From positions 65,844,001 to 65,908,000 of the forward strand of contig CM060731.1 of the NCBI GenBank assembly GCA_030704615.1: a stretch of DNA of 64,000 bases, written 5' to 3'. The notes beneath the pieces are model-generated. The model saw only the letters and a list, made by a program, of their open reading frames with translations, was not told the origin of the DNA and did not search any database. The translations under genes were made by a program, and so were the position numbers. Below, piece after piece: positions 51,700 through 64,000 of the stretch (position 1 is the first letter of the stretch; the number at the start of each line of letters is the position of its first letter). This stretch comes from Takakia lepidozioides (taxonomy: Eukaryota; Plantae; Bryophyta).

Positions 51700-52750
51700 T
51701 TTTAATAAAATCGGAAAAGTCTAATTTTTATGAAATTATTTTTAATAAAATCGGGACCGCCAGGTGGTCCCGATTCAAATGCAAATATTTTCAATATAAT
51801 TGGAACCACCCAACTTGCACTTATGGATTGCTAGCGGTCGGCTACCAGACCCAACTTTTAAAGATAAAAAATAAAAATTGGATAGCTGTTCCAGCAGACG
51901 TTTCAAATTATTTTTAAGCAATTTGGAAAACAAATTGGGACGCCAGGCCACCACTTGTGGTTGGCTGGCGGGTCCACTGGCGGTCCCAATTGTTTTTTAA
52001 TGCGCACCGTCATTTTGACGTCCAAAATTACTTTTGGAAATTAACAAAAATATGGACTACTTGGCCAACACTTGTGGTTGGTTCACAGTCGTTGGCAATC
52101 CCAGTTTGTTTTAAGAAAAAAAAAAAAAACGGAGCCTTTGTGGTAATCCTAAATTAATTGTTAATGTAAAAAAAATCAGGACCACCAGGCCATCTCTTGT
52201 GGTTGGCTGGTGGTCCCGATTCTTTTTTATTACAAATAAAAATAAATCCGGACTGCCACATTGGTGATACCGAATTATTGTAAAAATTAAAAACAATCGG
52301 GATCATCAGTCGCTTGTGGTTCGCTGGCGGTCCTTTTTTAAGAAAAAAATTAAAAGTAAATGCGGACTTCCACTATTGCGGTCTTGAATATTTTAAGAAA
52401 AATTTAAAAAATTTGGGACCGCCAGGCTTGCGCATATGGTTGGCTGACGGTCATGATTTTATTTTTTTAATACAATAATCCAATCCGTCATTATTGCGGT
52501 CCCGATTTAAAAAAATATATAAATATAAATCTTGACCGCTATTGTGATGGTACCAAGTTATTTTTTGAAGAACAAAAATGGGAACACAAGGCGAGCTTGT
52601 GGTTGACTGATGGTCCGCTGGCGGTCCTGAATTATTTTAAAGAAACTGCGATTGGGTCGTGGTCTGTGGCGGTCCGTGGCGGTGCCGATTTATTAAAATA
52701 CTTGAAAACGAGAATTGTGGACTTCTTGATCGGCACTGGTTGCGACAAAT
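51700..52750. repeat. AT-rich relic with repeated GGGACCGCCAG / TTGTGGTTGGCTGGCGGTCC motifs (probable DNA-transposon subterminal repeats)
   Basis: More than 10 degenerate copies in both orientations. No clear TIR or TSD. Confidence 0.5.
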
Positions 52751-52919
52751 GATAGCAAATCTTTATTATTATTATTGTAAGTAAATTAAGACTGCCATGT
52801 TTTTTTTATCATTTGAGACCATGTGGATTTTTTTTGGATTTACTTTAGCTGACGTGGTATATACTTTTATTTCCTAATATTTTTACTAACCATGCTGCAT
52901 CTTATATCTTTTCATTTGC

Positions 52920-54340
52920 AATGTTGCCATGGAATCTTGAAATCTCTTCCACAACTCATACGCCCCATGTACATGACAAAATCAATGTGTTTTTTTACCT
53001 TATAGTGCTCTCAATGAGAAACCTTCACAATTAGCTCATGTGAAGTTTCTTGCTCTAAAATTTCTTGTTGAAGTGCTTCAAGCTAGCTATAGGACTTTTT
53101 AATAGAAGCGAAGTAAAATGGATGGTTCTCTATTTGATAAACGAATGAAATTGGGTTCGAGCTCATGCTTAAGTTCATCATCGATTGATCCATTTGCAAA
53201 GCATTGAATTAATGCACCATGAACTTTGTCCATCAAGTGAGGACCACATTGTCACTTTCATATAAAGGTGGAGGCTAACATGAGGCCAGAAGATATCAAA
53301 GAAAAAATTAAAATCACTTTGAATGAGAAGTATGCTCCCACATGTCAAACATTTCCATAGTTTTTTTAAGCATATGTTTGCAACTCTTAAAACAAGGTTG
53401 CAGACAGACGTGATGTTAGGTCCCCGTCAAACCCGATGCTGACGCGGGCCTGCGGCACGTCAGTTTCATATAAAAAGAGATCAAATTCGCTCATAAGAAT
53501 AAAAAGCTTGAAAGACTAGGAGGTAGAAAATACCACATTAATAATTTTCTTCGCCATTCTAATGAGGAAAAAAACATAGGGAGGTTGTGCCTTACAACGG
53601 TGTAGATTTGAAGTACCATCAAACTTTACGAAACAACCAATCCAAGTTGAAAACTCGTGAATATTTATAGCTATAACCATTTTAATCTAATCACAAACAT
53701 AATGTGATCTAAATTATCTCATGGAGCACTTGGTCATATCATCCAAGATCACAGATGGGTTTGAAATGTTTCTTTATACGTTAGAGCTCATTGTAGAGCT
53801 TTGCAAGTTAAAGCTATATACGTGCCTACAGATCATTATTCATGTAGTTAAAGAATACTCCGCAGATTCTCTATGGGAGGATAAAGAAATTGTCATTGAC
53901 AAAGTCTTGTTACATGGAGATCCTACTCACGGCCATGGGGGAGTGGGTGGTTACTCATTTGACATCACGGATTATAGAACCTAATGCGGCAATATTTCCT
54001 TTGAATACCCCACTTGATAGGTGTCCAACTATGGTAGTGGAAATTGCCTATAAAAATGAATAAAAGAAAATATTTCTCGGAGAATTCGAAACTTGGACTT
54101 CCAAAGTCAAATTTGCAGTTGTCAAGTTGTAGTGTATTATGACTAGATTCCCTGGAAATCAATGAGACTGGAGATGTCTACAATGGGTCATATTCGACGT
54201 GGTCTCATCTTTGTTATTTGATAAATTGTTTTGTTGTTGCATGTAAGATGTCAACCCAATTGTCACAATAATCCATGCAACTCTATATTTTTTGACATAC
54301 CTATAGCATCATCCTAGGTCAAAAATCATCGAAAGACCTG
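52920..54340 (-). pseudogene. Possible highly decayed hAT transposase
   Basis: Minus strand near 53000-53040 reads ANCE-GFSLRAL, similar to the hAT dimerisation motif CERxFS. The rest is full of stops. Confidence 0.3.
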
Positions 54341-54479
54341 CAATGATCTAACGACGAATTTTCAGTACAAAATTTGCCAATTTGAAATGCTTGGTTTCAC
54401 AAGTTTTTTTTGGGGAAAATACTTGGAAGCGATAGGTCACAAATCAGGCCCCTTAATTACAGCGAGAGGAGAAAATAAC

Positions 54480-54853
54480 CAGTGTTGGACGGGTATGTAG
54501 GTCCAACCCGGGTATCAATAGTGATATCGACCCGGTAGGTAAGACCATACCCTGTTGGTAGGTAGGGTGGCCAATACCCGGGCAATACCATATTAGGGGG
54601 CAATACATATCTCGCTTTATATTATGGTATATACCATACCCGTCTGGTATTGCGATGGACTAGATTGATATTGATACCAGATGGAAAAAAAAAATATTGA
54701 TACCCTATTGATATACATCCACAATCTTACGCTATTGATACCCCTCCTATACCCTACCCGGCCCCCTTATCCCAAATACCAGGACTACTACCACTCTTGG
54801 GAAATGTGGGCCCTGTGATACCAGGACCAGTTTGTGATACCAGTCCAACACTG
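54480..54853. mobile_element. hAT MITE (374 bp)
   Basis: TIR CAGTGTTGGAC/GTCCAACACTG. Perfect 8-bp TSD AAAATAAC. GATACC/GGTAT repeats. Confidence 0.92.
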
Positions 54854-55267
54854 AAAATAACCTCTTTCACAATGACCTCGCCATGAAGCTTTCGCATGGA
54901 CACCGCCCAAGGGAGGAGGGAGAATAACATACCAAACCCGTCAAGGTTGCAGGATTTGACCCTAGAATCATCTGGATGGCACTCAGTGCACTATCCAACT
55001 GAGCTACTAACTGTTGGTCACAAGTCACAACTTACAAATCAAGCAATTCCACAAAACTTGTGTGCTCTTTGTACAGTATAGGAGTAGTATGTTTGCAGAC
55101 TATATACCAGTGGTATATACGTATACACGTATATATATATTTTCACTGATGGTAGAGGTCCTGCCTGCAGAGTCACACCATCTGGCTCTCTGTTATGGTC
55201 GCAGGAAGCTCATATTTACTCCAGGTCCAAGTGCGTTTTAAGTTCTAGATATATTCCATCGGTAACG

Positions 55268-58200
55268 ATGCTGCTGCTGCTGCTGCTGCCGATTGTTCTG
55301 CTGCTTCTGCTATTGGCCATCTTCGTCGCTGCCAGAGCGGATGGTGGGTTACTCATCGTGCTTTTTTCATGCTAGCTTAATTTTCTCCACTTGCAACTTG
55401 TATGGGTCGTCACTTTTGTTGCAAGAATGGCGAAGAGAAGTCAGAGATGGGACTGTGTTCGTGCTATGTCTTGATTCATAATTACTTGTCTTCCATTTGA
55501 TGGCCAGGTTTTCACTTTCGGACATACTTGAGTGTAGGGAAGTCTAGCCAGATTTGGTGTCTTTCTGGGCCTGGATCTTTCTGGCGAACAGGTTCAATAT
55601 AATGCATTGAGAAGGAATTAACCCTTCCATAATTGTGGGCACATTGGGCCGACAGTTGTATGGGCAAACAAGAGCATTACAGGATAGAAATTTGTGCTAT
55701 TGACAGACTGAGTGTGTGAATAAATACAAAACAGAAATCTTGCTCCCCAGATTCCTTGCTCAGTGTCCTGCAAGCCCTTGTAACGTGGCAACGATGGGCA
55801 GTGTGCCGGATGATATTTTTCTGTCTTGTTGTGCTGACATGATGATGTGGGACATTCTGAATCATTCGTGACACAGGGGACATCATATTAACAAGCAAGG
55901 GTCCAACTCCTCGGAGTGCAATTGAAGACAAGGTTGACCCTGTTGCACGCACCTCTACCACATTTTTTTCTGCATGCTTACCCAAATTCTGTGAGCTATC
56001 TATGTAGGTTGCTTGAATGAATTGCTGAATGCAGGCAAGAGTGCATGTGTAGGAGATTCACTGGAAATATTGTCCAGGATCATATACACTGGTGTTTTTG
56101 TAGGTGGTGTGGATCACTGGGGCGAGCCAGGGAATCGGTACTCCTACTCTTTGTACTCGGTATTGTGTCTTGTTATGTCCTCGAGTTACTTGAAATATCT
56201 CGTGATGTAAGATATCACATTTGTGCACAGGACCAATCAGACCAGTAAATCAACCATCAGAAATTGTGTGGGTCCACATCCTATTATATTTGAACTTTAG
56301 ATGCATTTTGGTTGCACTCCAGGAGAAGCACTTGCCAAGGAGTATGCCCGGCTAGGTGCCAAGCTTATTCTTTCAGCACGGAGAGTGACTGAATTGGAGC
56401 GTGTCAAAGCACAATTGGCAGGTATCACCTCTATTCAAATGCATGGTTACCTCAATGCGACTCCTATAGGTTATTATTCCTTGTGTCTGTGGGGTGTTAC
56501 TGGGGATCCCATTTGACCCATTGTTCAATGCAGATGCTGGAAAGCCAAATGGTCTTTGCATTGTGTTGTGCCTTGAACTCTGTTATTGATGTAGTTCGCC
56601 TTTCACCCTGATTTCACTGTGTCATGAACGGCAAACTGTCGTTGATTTTTGAAGTCCTTGGCATGCTATTGAAGAAGCGAGAAGTCATGTGCAAGACCTC
56701 TGACATTTGCCTATTTAGACAACAGGGTTAACCACAAAAGTGAAGTCATTTAGGTCTAGAAACTGTCAGAAACCCAGGTTTACTTATGTTTTTGTTGCAA
56801 ACAGCAGCAAGTAGAAGCAACAATCTACGGTTCCAACTTCTCCTGCAGTCCCGAGAATTGATTTTGACATGAAGCTCGAGATACTTTTGAAACCTGTTTG
56901 CCAAATGTGCGGGAACCTCCTTATGTTATTTTATTTTATGGTATCATTGCTTGTCAAATATCTTTACAGGCAAACATGTACCAGATGGGGTTTTAGTGCT
57001 TCCTTTGGACATAACTTCTGATATTGAAGAATTAAAGAAAGCTGTGGAGAAAGCTGAAACGGCTTTTGGGGGAGCTGGGATTGATGTCATGGTGCACAAT
57101 GCAGCATATGATCGCCCTGTAAGTTTGTCTCCTCCATTTTTTTGCACATATAACACATAAATCAAATCACATAAAAGCCAGCAAAAACTGCTGAAACTTA
57201 CAGTGACATAGAAAGGACTGCATTCTACTGGGGCAACACATAATTTGCGGCAAGGCATTAACATGAGACACTTTTTGCAGTTGGATGAGAATGCATTCAT
57301 GTCATGCTGTATCCCTTGTTGCGTCTTTAGATAAATGAACTGTGACAGAGTTTTTGCTGGTGAGATTTGTTGCTCTGCTTGGCTCCATCTCAGGAGAATT
57401 TTGTGTGATGTGGTTATGCAGAAGCTTCCTGCATTGGAGATACCAGAGGAGATGCTTAAGGTCAGAAACCTGTAGCCATGACATAGTTGGACAGTTTTCT
57501 AGTAGTAGTTTGGGTCTGAGTAAGTGACAGTCCATTGAAATCTTCTTAACTAGATAAGAAGTCGGCCTCAGTTCCCCTCTCAGAAACGTAATATCTATTG
57601 GGAATATACACTCAGAGGAGCTTCTGCCGTTTTAAATTCTGAAGCATTAGAGTCTGAACTATCATTGAAATGTAGAAAATTTTCACTTGTGCCGATGACT
57701 GAGCATGGTGAGTCAATCTGGTCCCAATGTTTGGAACAAACCAATGTACTGCTCTTAGAAGGTTGTGGTGATAGTTCAGTAGGATTAAATGTCCAATTCT
57801 TCCATGTTGGAAATGTAGGTCACATTTGATATAAACGTGCTGGGCACGATTCGACTGACACAGTGTGTGCTTCCGGGGATGCTTCGCCGACACAAAGGCC
57901 ATTTTGTTCTGGTTTGTGCTCTGCCAATTCCCTCATCGTCAAGGTCTGTGCTACAATTTGTTAGTATTTTCCTGTGGAGACTTTTGGCCGTCAATCAGCT
58001 CATGTACGAAGACTAGCGAATGCAGAAGAGTGGATTTGTGCTTGGGTAGGTCTTTATTGCTAGTAGTACCAAAAATTTGTGGGTTTTCTGTTTTTTGTAG
58101 GTGAGCAGTGTGGCAGGAAAATTACCGGCACCGGGTCAGTCAGTGTATGCAGCCTCCAAACATGCTGTCAATGGCTACTTCCACACACTTCGTTCTGAGG

Positions 58201-59620
58201 TGCACTAACTGTATGCTCTCACAACAATGAAGTTGTTATGGACTCCATGAGGGATGGTTCTCAAGTTAATGCTTACATGTTAAATTGCTGTGTATTCAGT
58301 CCTAAAGTGCAGTTGGGAGGGCTATTTATGTGGGGGTAATCTTCAATGGGGGTGTAACACTTTCAAATGGTTTGCATTCAATGGACAGGTGAGCCAACAA
58401 GGAATTAAGGTCACTGTGGTCTGTCCTGGTCCAATTGATACATCATCAGTGGAATCTTCCAAAATGCAAGTTTCTGAGGTGAGTAGCATAAACCTATCTG
58501 ATAAGTATGATCACATCTCACATCATTTGGTATTAGTGTGGGCTAGTGACTTGTGCTCCTATATGCAATCCTTGTTCAATCTAGGTGTTTGACTTGCAAC
58601 TAGGGTCTGACATTCATAGCAACTGCTTCTTGGTGAACCTAGCCACGCCTGAGCGTAGCAAGATGTGCGGAGCTCATTGTTAAAGCAGCTGCGTATGACT
58701 TGAAAGAAGCCTGGATATCCTACCAGGTACACCATTCAACATACCCCTAGCAGTTGGATCTGTGTCTGATATATTTTATGTCTGGCAAAGATAGTTGTGT
58801 TTCTAAGAGGTTTTGCTGTGGGCATATAGGTTGTCAGGGGCAGTTCCTGCTTTAGCCAATGTGTGAAAGACGGACGATGTGCTGATTTTGAATATAGTTG
58901 TAGGAGACATGATGGCCTTGAGAGGTTTTTTTAATGTGTTGCTCTTGGGGCGTCTAGGATGTCTCTATAATTGATCCACCCGTGTTGCCTGTGTTGCAGC
59001 CTGTGCTGTTGTTTCTATATTTGATGCAGTATTTCCCTGTCCTTGGGTATGCTGTAAGTGAACGGGTATGTTCCCTCCGTGTCCTGTGTTAATTGTTTCG
59101 GAGAAAAGTTTCTCACTTGGACTCATTTGAGTAGATGCTTCCTACAAATGCTAATTGATACTATGTGTGACTAAGGAGTGTAAAATCCTGCAGAGACTGC
59201 TACTTACATCCCTGATTTCTGGAATATGAAAGCCTGCACCTGAGGCATAATGTAGTCTTCTGTGTTAATCATTGTTATATGCCAAGAGCTCCCTCTGAAC
59301 CTCAAGACACCAGCCTATGATTACATGATGTTCAAATTTAGGATCATCCACCAACCTTAAACGATGGCAACCACCAACTTGTTCATGCAAAAGTTAATTG
59401 TTTTAGTGCTTTTCCGAGATTCTGGAGTCTTACTACAGTAAAGCAGCTGATCAATATTCCAAGCTTCTGTCTGATTTCTAGCTCAGCAGGTATCTGTTCC
59501 ATGACTCACATAGGGGGCGTATGGCAGGTTGGGCCCAAGCGTCTGAATGCTGCTAAGACGGGGCAGAGTGCCTATAGTGCAAGTTTATTATTTGGTCAGG
59601 ACAAGAAAAAGGCCATCTAA
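55268..59620 (+). CDS. Short-chain dehydrogenase/reductase, DHRS7-like (~12 exons)
   Basis: Poly-Leu anchor from a (CTG)n run, then ARADGD, VVWITGASQGIGEALA, HNAA, FDINVLG, SSVAGK...YAASK, VCPGPIDT, EAWIS, VGPKR...KKAI*. Confidence 0.93.
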
Positions 59621-60846
59621 GACAGCTGCATCTTGCTACAAGATGATAGACCTGTATATAATGTCCTTCCACTGGTTCTTTATACTTGATGCCCGTAAAA
59701 GCACTTGTAATAAGGATTCGCACTTGCTACGGCCTTTTCTTGCATTTATCTTGGAAGTCATTAATGCCAAAGAGGATATGTCTGCTTATGCATTGGTGAT
59801 TCGTTGGGGTGACGGTATGAACTGGCTTCCAAAGAGAATTGCTCTCTCCCTCATCATGAACTCTGAAACTATGTGCTGTTTCCCCCTGCAACTGAGTGAT
59901 CTGACCATGTTGAAGCTTAAGTCTCCACCCCACAAGGTCAACTGTGTGCCTTTACTTCAACCCCACCCCTTGGAGTGATTAGGAGCTGATCTATCTGCAC
60001 ATTCCTTGTTTACCTCATTTTTCTCACTCATCAAAGGTGGACTTCATTCATGTCCAGGAGCACTGAGGAGCATGCAACTATCCTTTGAACTCTACACCAG
60101 ATCTCGCGTGATTTAGTTGAAATGGAAAATCTCTGATGCAGAACAATTTGATGAGATCCTACGTTTATGGAAAATTCAGTGGTTCAACACTGGTACAGTC
60201 TAGATAAAAATGAGGGCAACGTTCATTTGATAGAGCCCATGTCCAATAGGGACTGCACCCATAAGAGGAGTGGCTCTTAGTAAGCTTGCTTCAGCTGGAT
60301 CTGAATCTCTCTCGCTACCAGCCCCATTCAAATCACTCTAGAGCTTACCCGGATGACGACCTCTTAATGACGAAGACACAACATTCTTCAAGATGAGGCT
60401 GAAGACACCACCTCTGGACAGACAAAGGAATGTATCCCATAAAAGTTTCATCACACATCAAAGAACACGACCGTCACCTTGTATACCGAAGTGTGCAGAC
60501 ACAGAATAACTCCACACTACTGTCTATAGTCTTTGTGTCATAATGTCTTCGTGTTGCTACTACTGAGCACCGAGACATTCAGTGGTATGGATTGTATGAG
60601 ATCTTCCTGTGGAAGCTATCAGCGTTCAAGCCATGCAAGCACTTCAACTCTAAAACGTCTGTATGATGACCAGACGGTGAGCGTTTTTCTCCCTTGGCTC
60701 CCCAGCCTAGGTGGCCGTCCAACCCTACCGTGGACAGGCTTGCAAGCATCTGAGGCTCCAGATGTGGATCCGAACCTGCGTGTGAGGGATGTGTTGAAAG
60801 TCCAGGGGGGGTGTATCCCATTGAGCACCTGAGCTACAGGAAAGAG

Positions 60847-62130
60847 ATGGCAGGGAAGGCGAGAATTGTGATTGTTATGTCAGTGTGGATGACAATCTTG
60901 GGAAGCAGTCTGGCGCAGTTTGCTATACCAGACCAGTATGATGGGTTTTCGTATAAGCTCCCATCAGTGAAAGTGCCAGTAATTTGGGAGGTTTTCATAG
61001 ACCCTCTTTGTAATGATTGCAAGCAGACATGGCCAATTGTGAAGCAGGTTGCCGACCTGTATGGCAGCAGTGCAGTTGTCCTCATTGTGCATGTTTTTCC
61101 TTCTCCGTGAGACTCTCTTCCTCTCTCTCGTCTTCGTCTATATTGGGAGTGTTCTTTGGTATCGCTGTCCATCTACCGGCAGAGGATTTGACAACCTCAG
61201 TTAGAGCAGTAGCTGTCTTCTATTCTCCTCTGCTCTCATTGCACAAGCGCATCAATACTCCAGGTTAGAAACAAGTTTGCATGTGGCTGCTTTGGTTTGG
61301 TTGTGAGGAGGGCTAACAGCGTCAAGCAGATTTGTGTAAATTTGAGATGAAATTTGTTTGTGGGTGTGTATTGGCAGGTTTCATCATAATGCCTTCTTTG
61401 CTTCAAGGACTCTGCACATTGCAAACACCTTGAATTCCTCGCTCGTTTATTCCTTGTTGGAACTCATTTTTGAACGACAGGTATATGTGATCCAGGATAT
61501 TGGATAGGATCTTGTTTACTATGTGCTCGTTGGATTCAATATTGCAGTATCGGCATACGTGCGGTTCTTCGTTCTTGCTGTTCTTACAGTTTACTAGCCA
61601 TGGCCGATATAGAACGGATAGAAGGGCAGTTTTTGGGGATGAAAAAACAGCTTGACACATCGAGACCTTGAGGTGGGGAGTAAGTGGTCAACTGATTTGG
61701 CAGTGGCATATGTGGCATGACAATATCGCCAGGATTCCTTCTCCAATGTCAACACTGCTGATGAGGCAGCATCACATGTTGTGGAGCGCATGATAGGCCT
61801 GGCAGAGGAACTTGGTGTATCAGTGACTGCCTTCAGAGATGGTCTCAATGACTCTTCCACTGACCAGCTCACTCGGAGCTCTTTTAAGGTGAGTTTGTGC
61901 TCTCGTCATTAGTGATTGGCTCAGTCCAGTCAGTAACTTGAATAGCCCATCAGTGCTGATTTGACACTGAATTTTGTGTGCAGTATGGATGCTCCAGGGG
62001 AGTTGTGGCAACACCTACTTTCCTTGTCAACGGTGTGTTGGCTACAGGAGCTGACGAATCTTGGAGTGTCAGCGATTGGCGCAAGCTTCTGGATCCACTA
62101 TTGAAGACAGGTGACTGTCTTGTGGAGTGA
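60847..62130 (+). CDS. Secreted DsbA/thioredoxin-fold protein (4 exons; final exon end uncertain)
   Basis: Signal peptide, IPDQYDGF, EVFIDPLCNDCKQTWP (CxxC), FPSP-FHHNAF, FK-YGCSRGVVATPTFLVNG, W...LDPLL. Confidence 0.88.
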
Positions 62131-63829
62131 GAGATGTCAAGGAGTCTCCTCTATAGCATATCAGAAGATAATGGTTTGTTTTGATCATTTAGGTCTTAAT
62201 TTGTATGCGGACAGAATGGGACAGCTGGTATTGCTCAGCAGTGAGACCTGACAAACCAACTATGGTATTGACCATGAGTTAAGTGAGATATTTGTGTGGA
62301 AGCTGTACTCTGGACCATTGACAGATGCCACTACTGTCTCTATTCTGCTCGACTTTTGGCAGCATATAGGAAGCTGTGCAGTGTACAATGGAATCCTTAG
62401 TGAACTTAGGGTGGTACATTTATTTCTCCATGGAAGAAGGACGAGCCCATAGACCTTTTGTCGAGAGTAAGTACAAATTCACATACATAGAGAATTCTTC
62501 TGGGGTGTGCATATTCTCTGTTGAAAGTGTGGAGCATGTTGACAGGTTTTCCCTGTTTCACATTTGATGTTGAATGTACTCGCAGTAGTCTGAACTCGTT
62601 GGTTTGGTCTCCTTTTCTTGTAGGCAACAGGTTGAGCATTTGAGGAGACCATTGCTGCAGTGGATCTTGAGGGGGCAAATCTCTCTCTGAGAGCTGGCTG
62701 TATTGGACAAAAATGTCACTGTCTATGGCACTTGACACATATAGAATAGCTCCGCAGAATATCTCTGTAGGCAGTCATTTTTCACTCACTTCTAAATAGA
62801 TCCCTGATGTATCTTAATTACAGTGCCTCCTGCAGTTGCAAGCTCCTTTTATGTATTGTACTTTTTCACTAATATGGAGAAATGCTATACATCCAAACTA
62901 ACTAAATATTTCGAGTTTGCAGGCCAGTTGCATACAAGCTTACATCTAGCAATGTAGTAGTCATGCAAATTGAGTGGTGGCCATGGTAACTGTTGGTTTT
63001 TGGGGTCATTAAGAAAGGCCAAAGAGTAAAGAGTGTGGTTAGGGGCAGTTCTTCATACTCAAGCGAGATAGCGAGTGTGCGAATGATTTTGCATTTCTCA
63101 AGATGTGTCAAGCCCATCCTTTCAACCATTATCTTCCATCTTTTCAGTCTGCCAATGTTGAGGACATGGCAGCACTGAAATTGCACAGTCTGGGTTAACC
63201 AAGCATAAGAGAAGAGAGCAGCGAGCCCATCTTCCCCTTCCCAAGGTTCATTTTCCATCAGTGTTTGTCAGTAGCCCTTTGCAGGGTGAGGTGCCTCCAA
63301 AAACTCCTCTTCCACCCAACTTCTTCATCCTAAAGCAAGCAGGATCTTGAAAGATAAAAGCTTCTGACTGCAACTTCAAAATGTCCTACTATGGTTGCAG
63401 TACTAAAACTGTTCAAAGGTTCAAAGTTTACACTGGAGATGCTCTAAAACTTCAAAACCCACACATCAAACTGGCAGACGATTGAGCAAACTGGCACAGG
63501 GTGCATGCTTTTGAAAAGAGATTCAGCCTCCAGGCCCTCTCTTCAAACCGAAAAGGCTCATGCGCCATTTCGACAAGGTCCAGATTCTCGAAGTAGGCTC
63601 TTAACTCTTAAGGTTTTGTATCGAAAGATTATCACATCAATCTTGTCATGTGACAGTGGACGAGGGACACGCCACAGTGCAGGATTGGGAATGCTATGGA
63701 TGCGGGGAGGGCACGAGGGTTACGGAAGGATGAAGGAGAAGGAGGGTAGTTAGATGGGGGGGCGATTAGTATATCCGTTGCGCACTGTAACGTCTAGCCC
63801 TAGCCTCGGGGTTTTTTAGTTAGTTTTGG

Positions 63830-63838
63830 TTTAGGGTT
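63830..63838. promoter_or_regulatory. Telo-box-like motif in a probable promoter / 5' region at the window end
   Basis: TTTAGGGTT in a CG-rich segment with CT-rich leader-like sequence. Confidence 0.25.
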
Positions 63839-64000
63839 CAGTCCTGCGCTCGCTTGCGCTTTCTCTTTTTCGCCTGCTGTGTGTTGCTTTTCTCAGATCA
63901 TGCGTGCGCTCCTGCGCGCACTACTGGGTTGCTCGCGACGTCACGCTCCACCTCACTTTTCTTTCCGTTTTTTTCACTCGTCTGAGTATTTGGATTAGAA

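Noticed and set aside
62400-63760. Minus-strand ORFs suggesting another gene
   Set aside because: No coherent exon chain or domain could be built by eye.

Overview
Eukaryotic, intron-rich land-plant DNA. The gene and transposon content (PIEZO, CE4 deacetylase, Replitron, Crinkler-like relic, TTTAGGG repeats) suggests a non-seed plant such as a bryophyte or lycophyte; this is an inference. Host genes: the last four exons of a PIEZO channel (1-3940), an intronless 8-Cys knottin-like secreted peptide (12061-12303, -), a UCP012943-type membrane protein (34122-36026), a membrane-anchored NodB/CE4 deacetylase (36541-40510, -), a DHRS7-like SDR (55268-59620) and a secreted DsbA/thioredoxin-fold protein (60847-62130). 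The rest is mostly nested, decayed transposons. The most striking is an 8.9-kb Ty3/gypsy-type element (18398-27279, -) with domain order gag-[PR deleted]-C5 cytosine methyltransferase-RT-RNaseH-integrase-PHD finger. It has TG..CA ends and a 4-bp TSD, but I find no matching LTR pair. Also present: two related gypsy elements with 4-bp TSDs and a copy of the LTR end just before the 3' LTR, one of which has a dUTPase-like domain and a deletion filled with telomeric repeats; a Replitron HUH transposase relic; CACTA, hAT and GGG-ended non-autonomous elements; LINE relics; and two mutually inverted palindromic tandem arrays. All calls come from manual reading and translation; no database searches were run.
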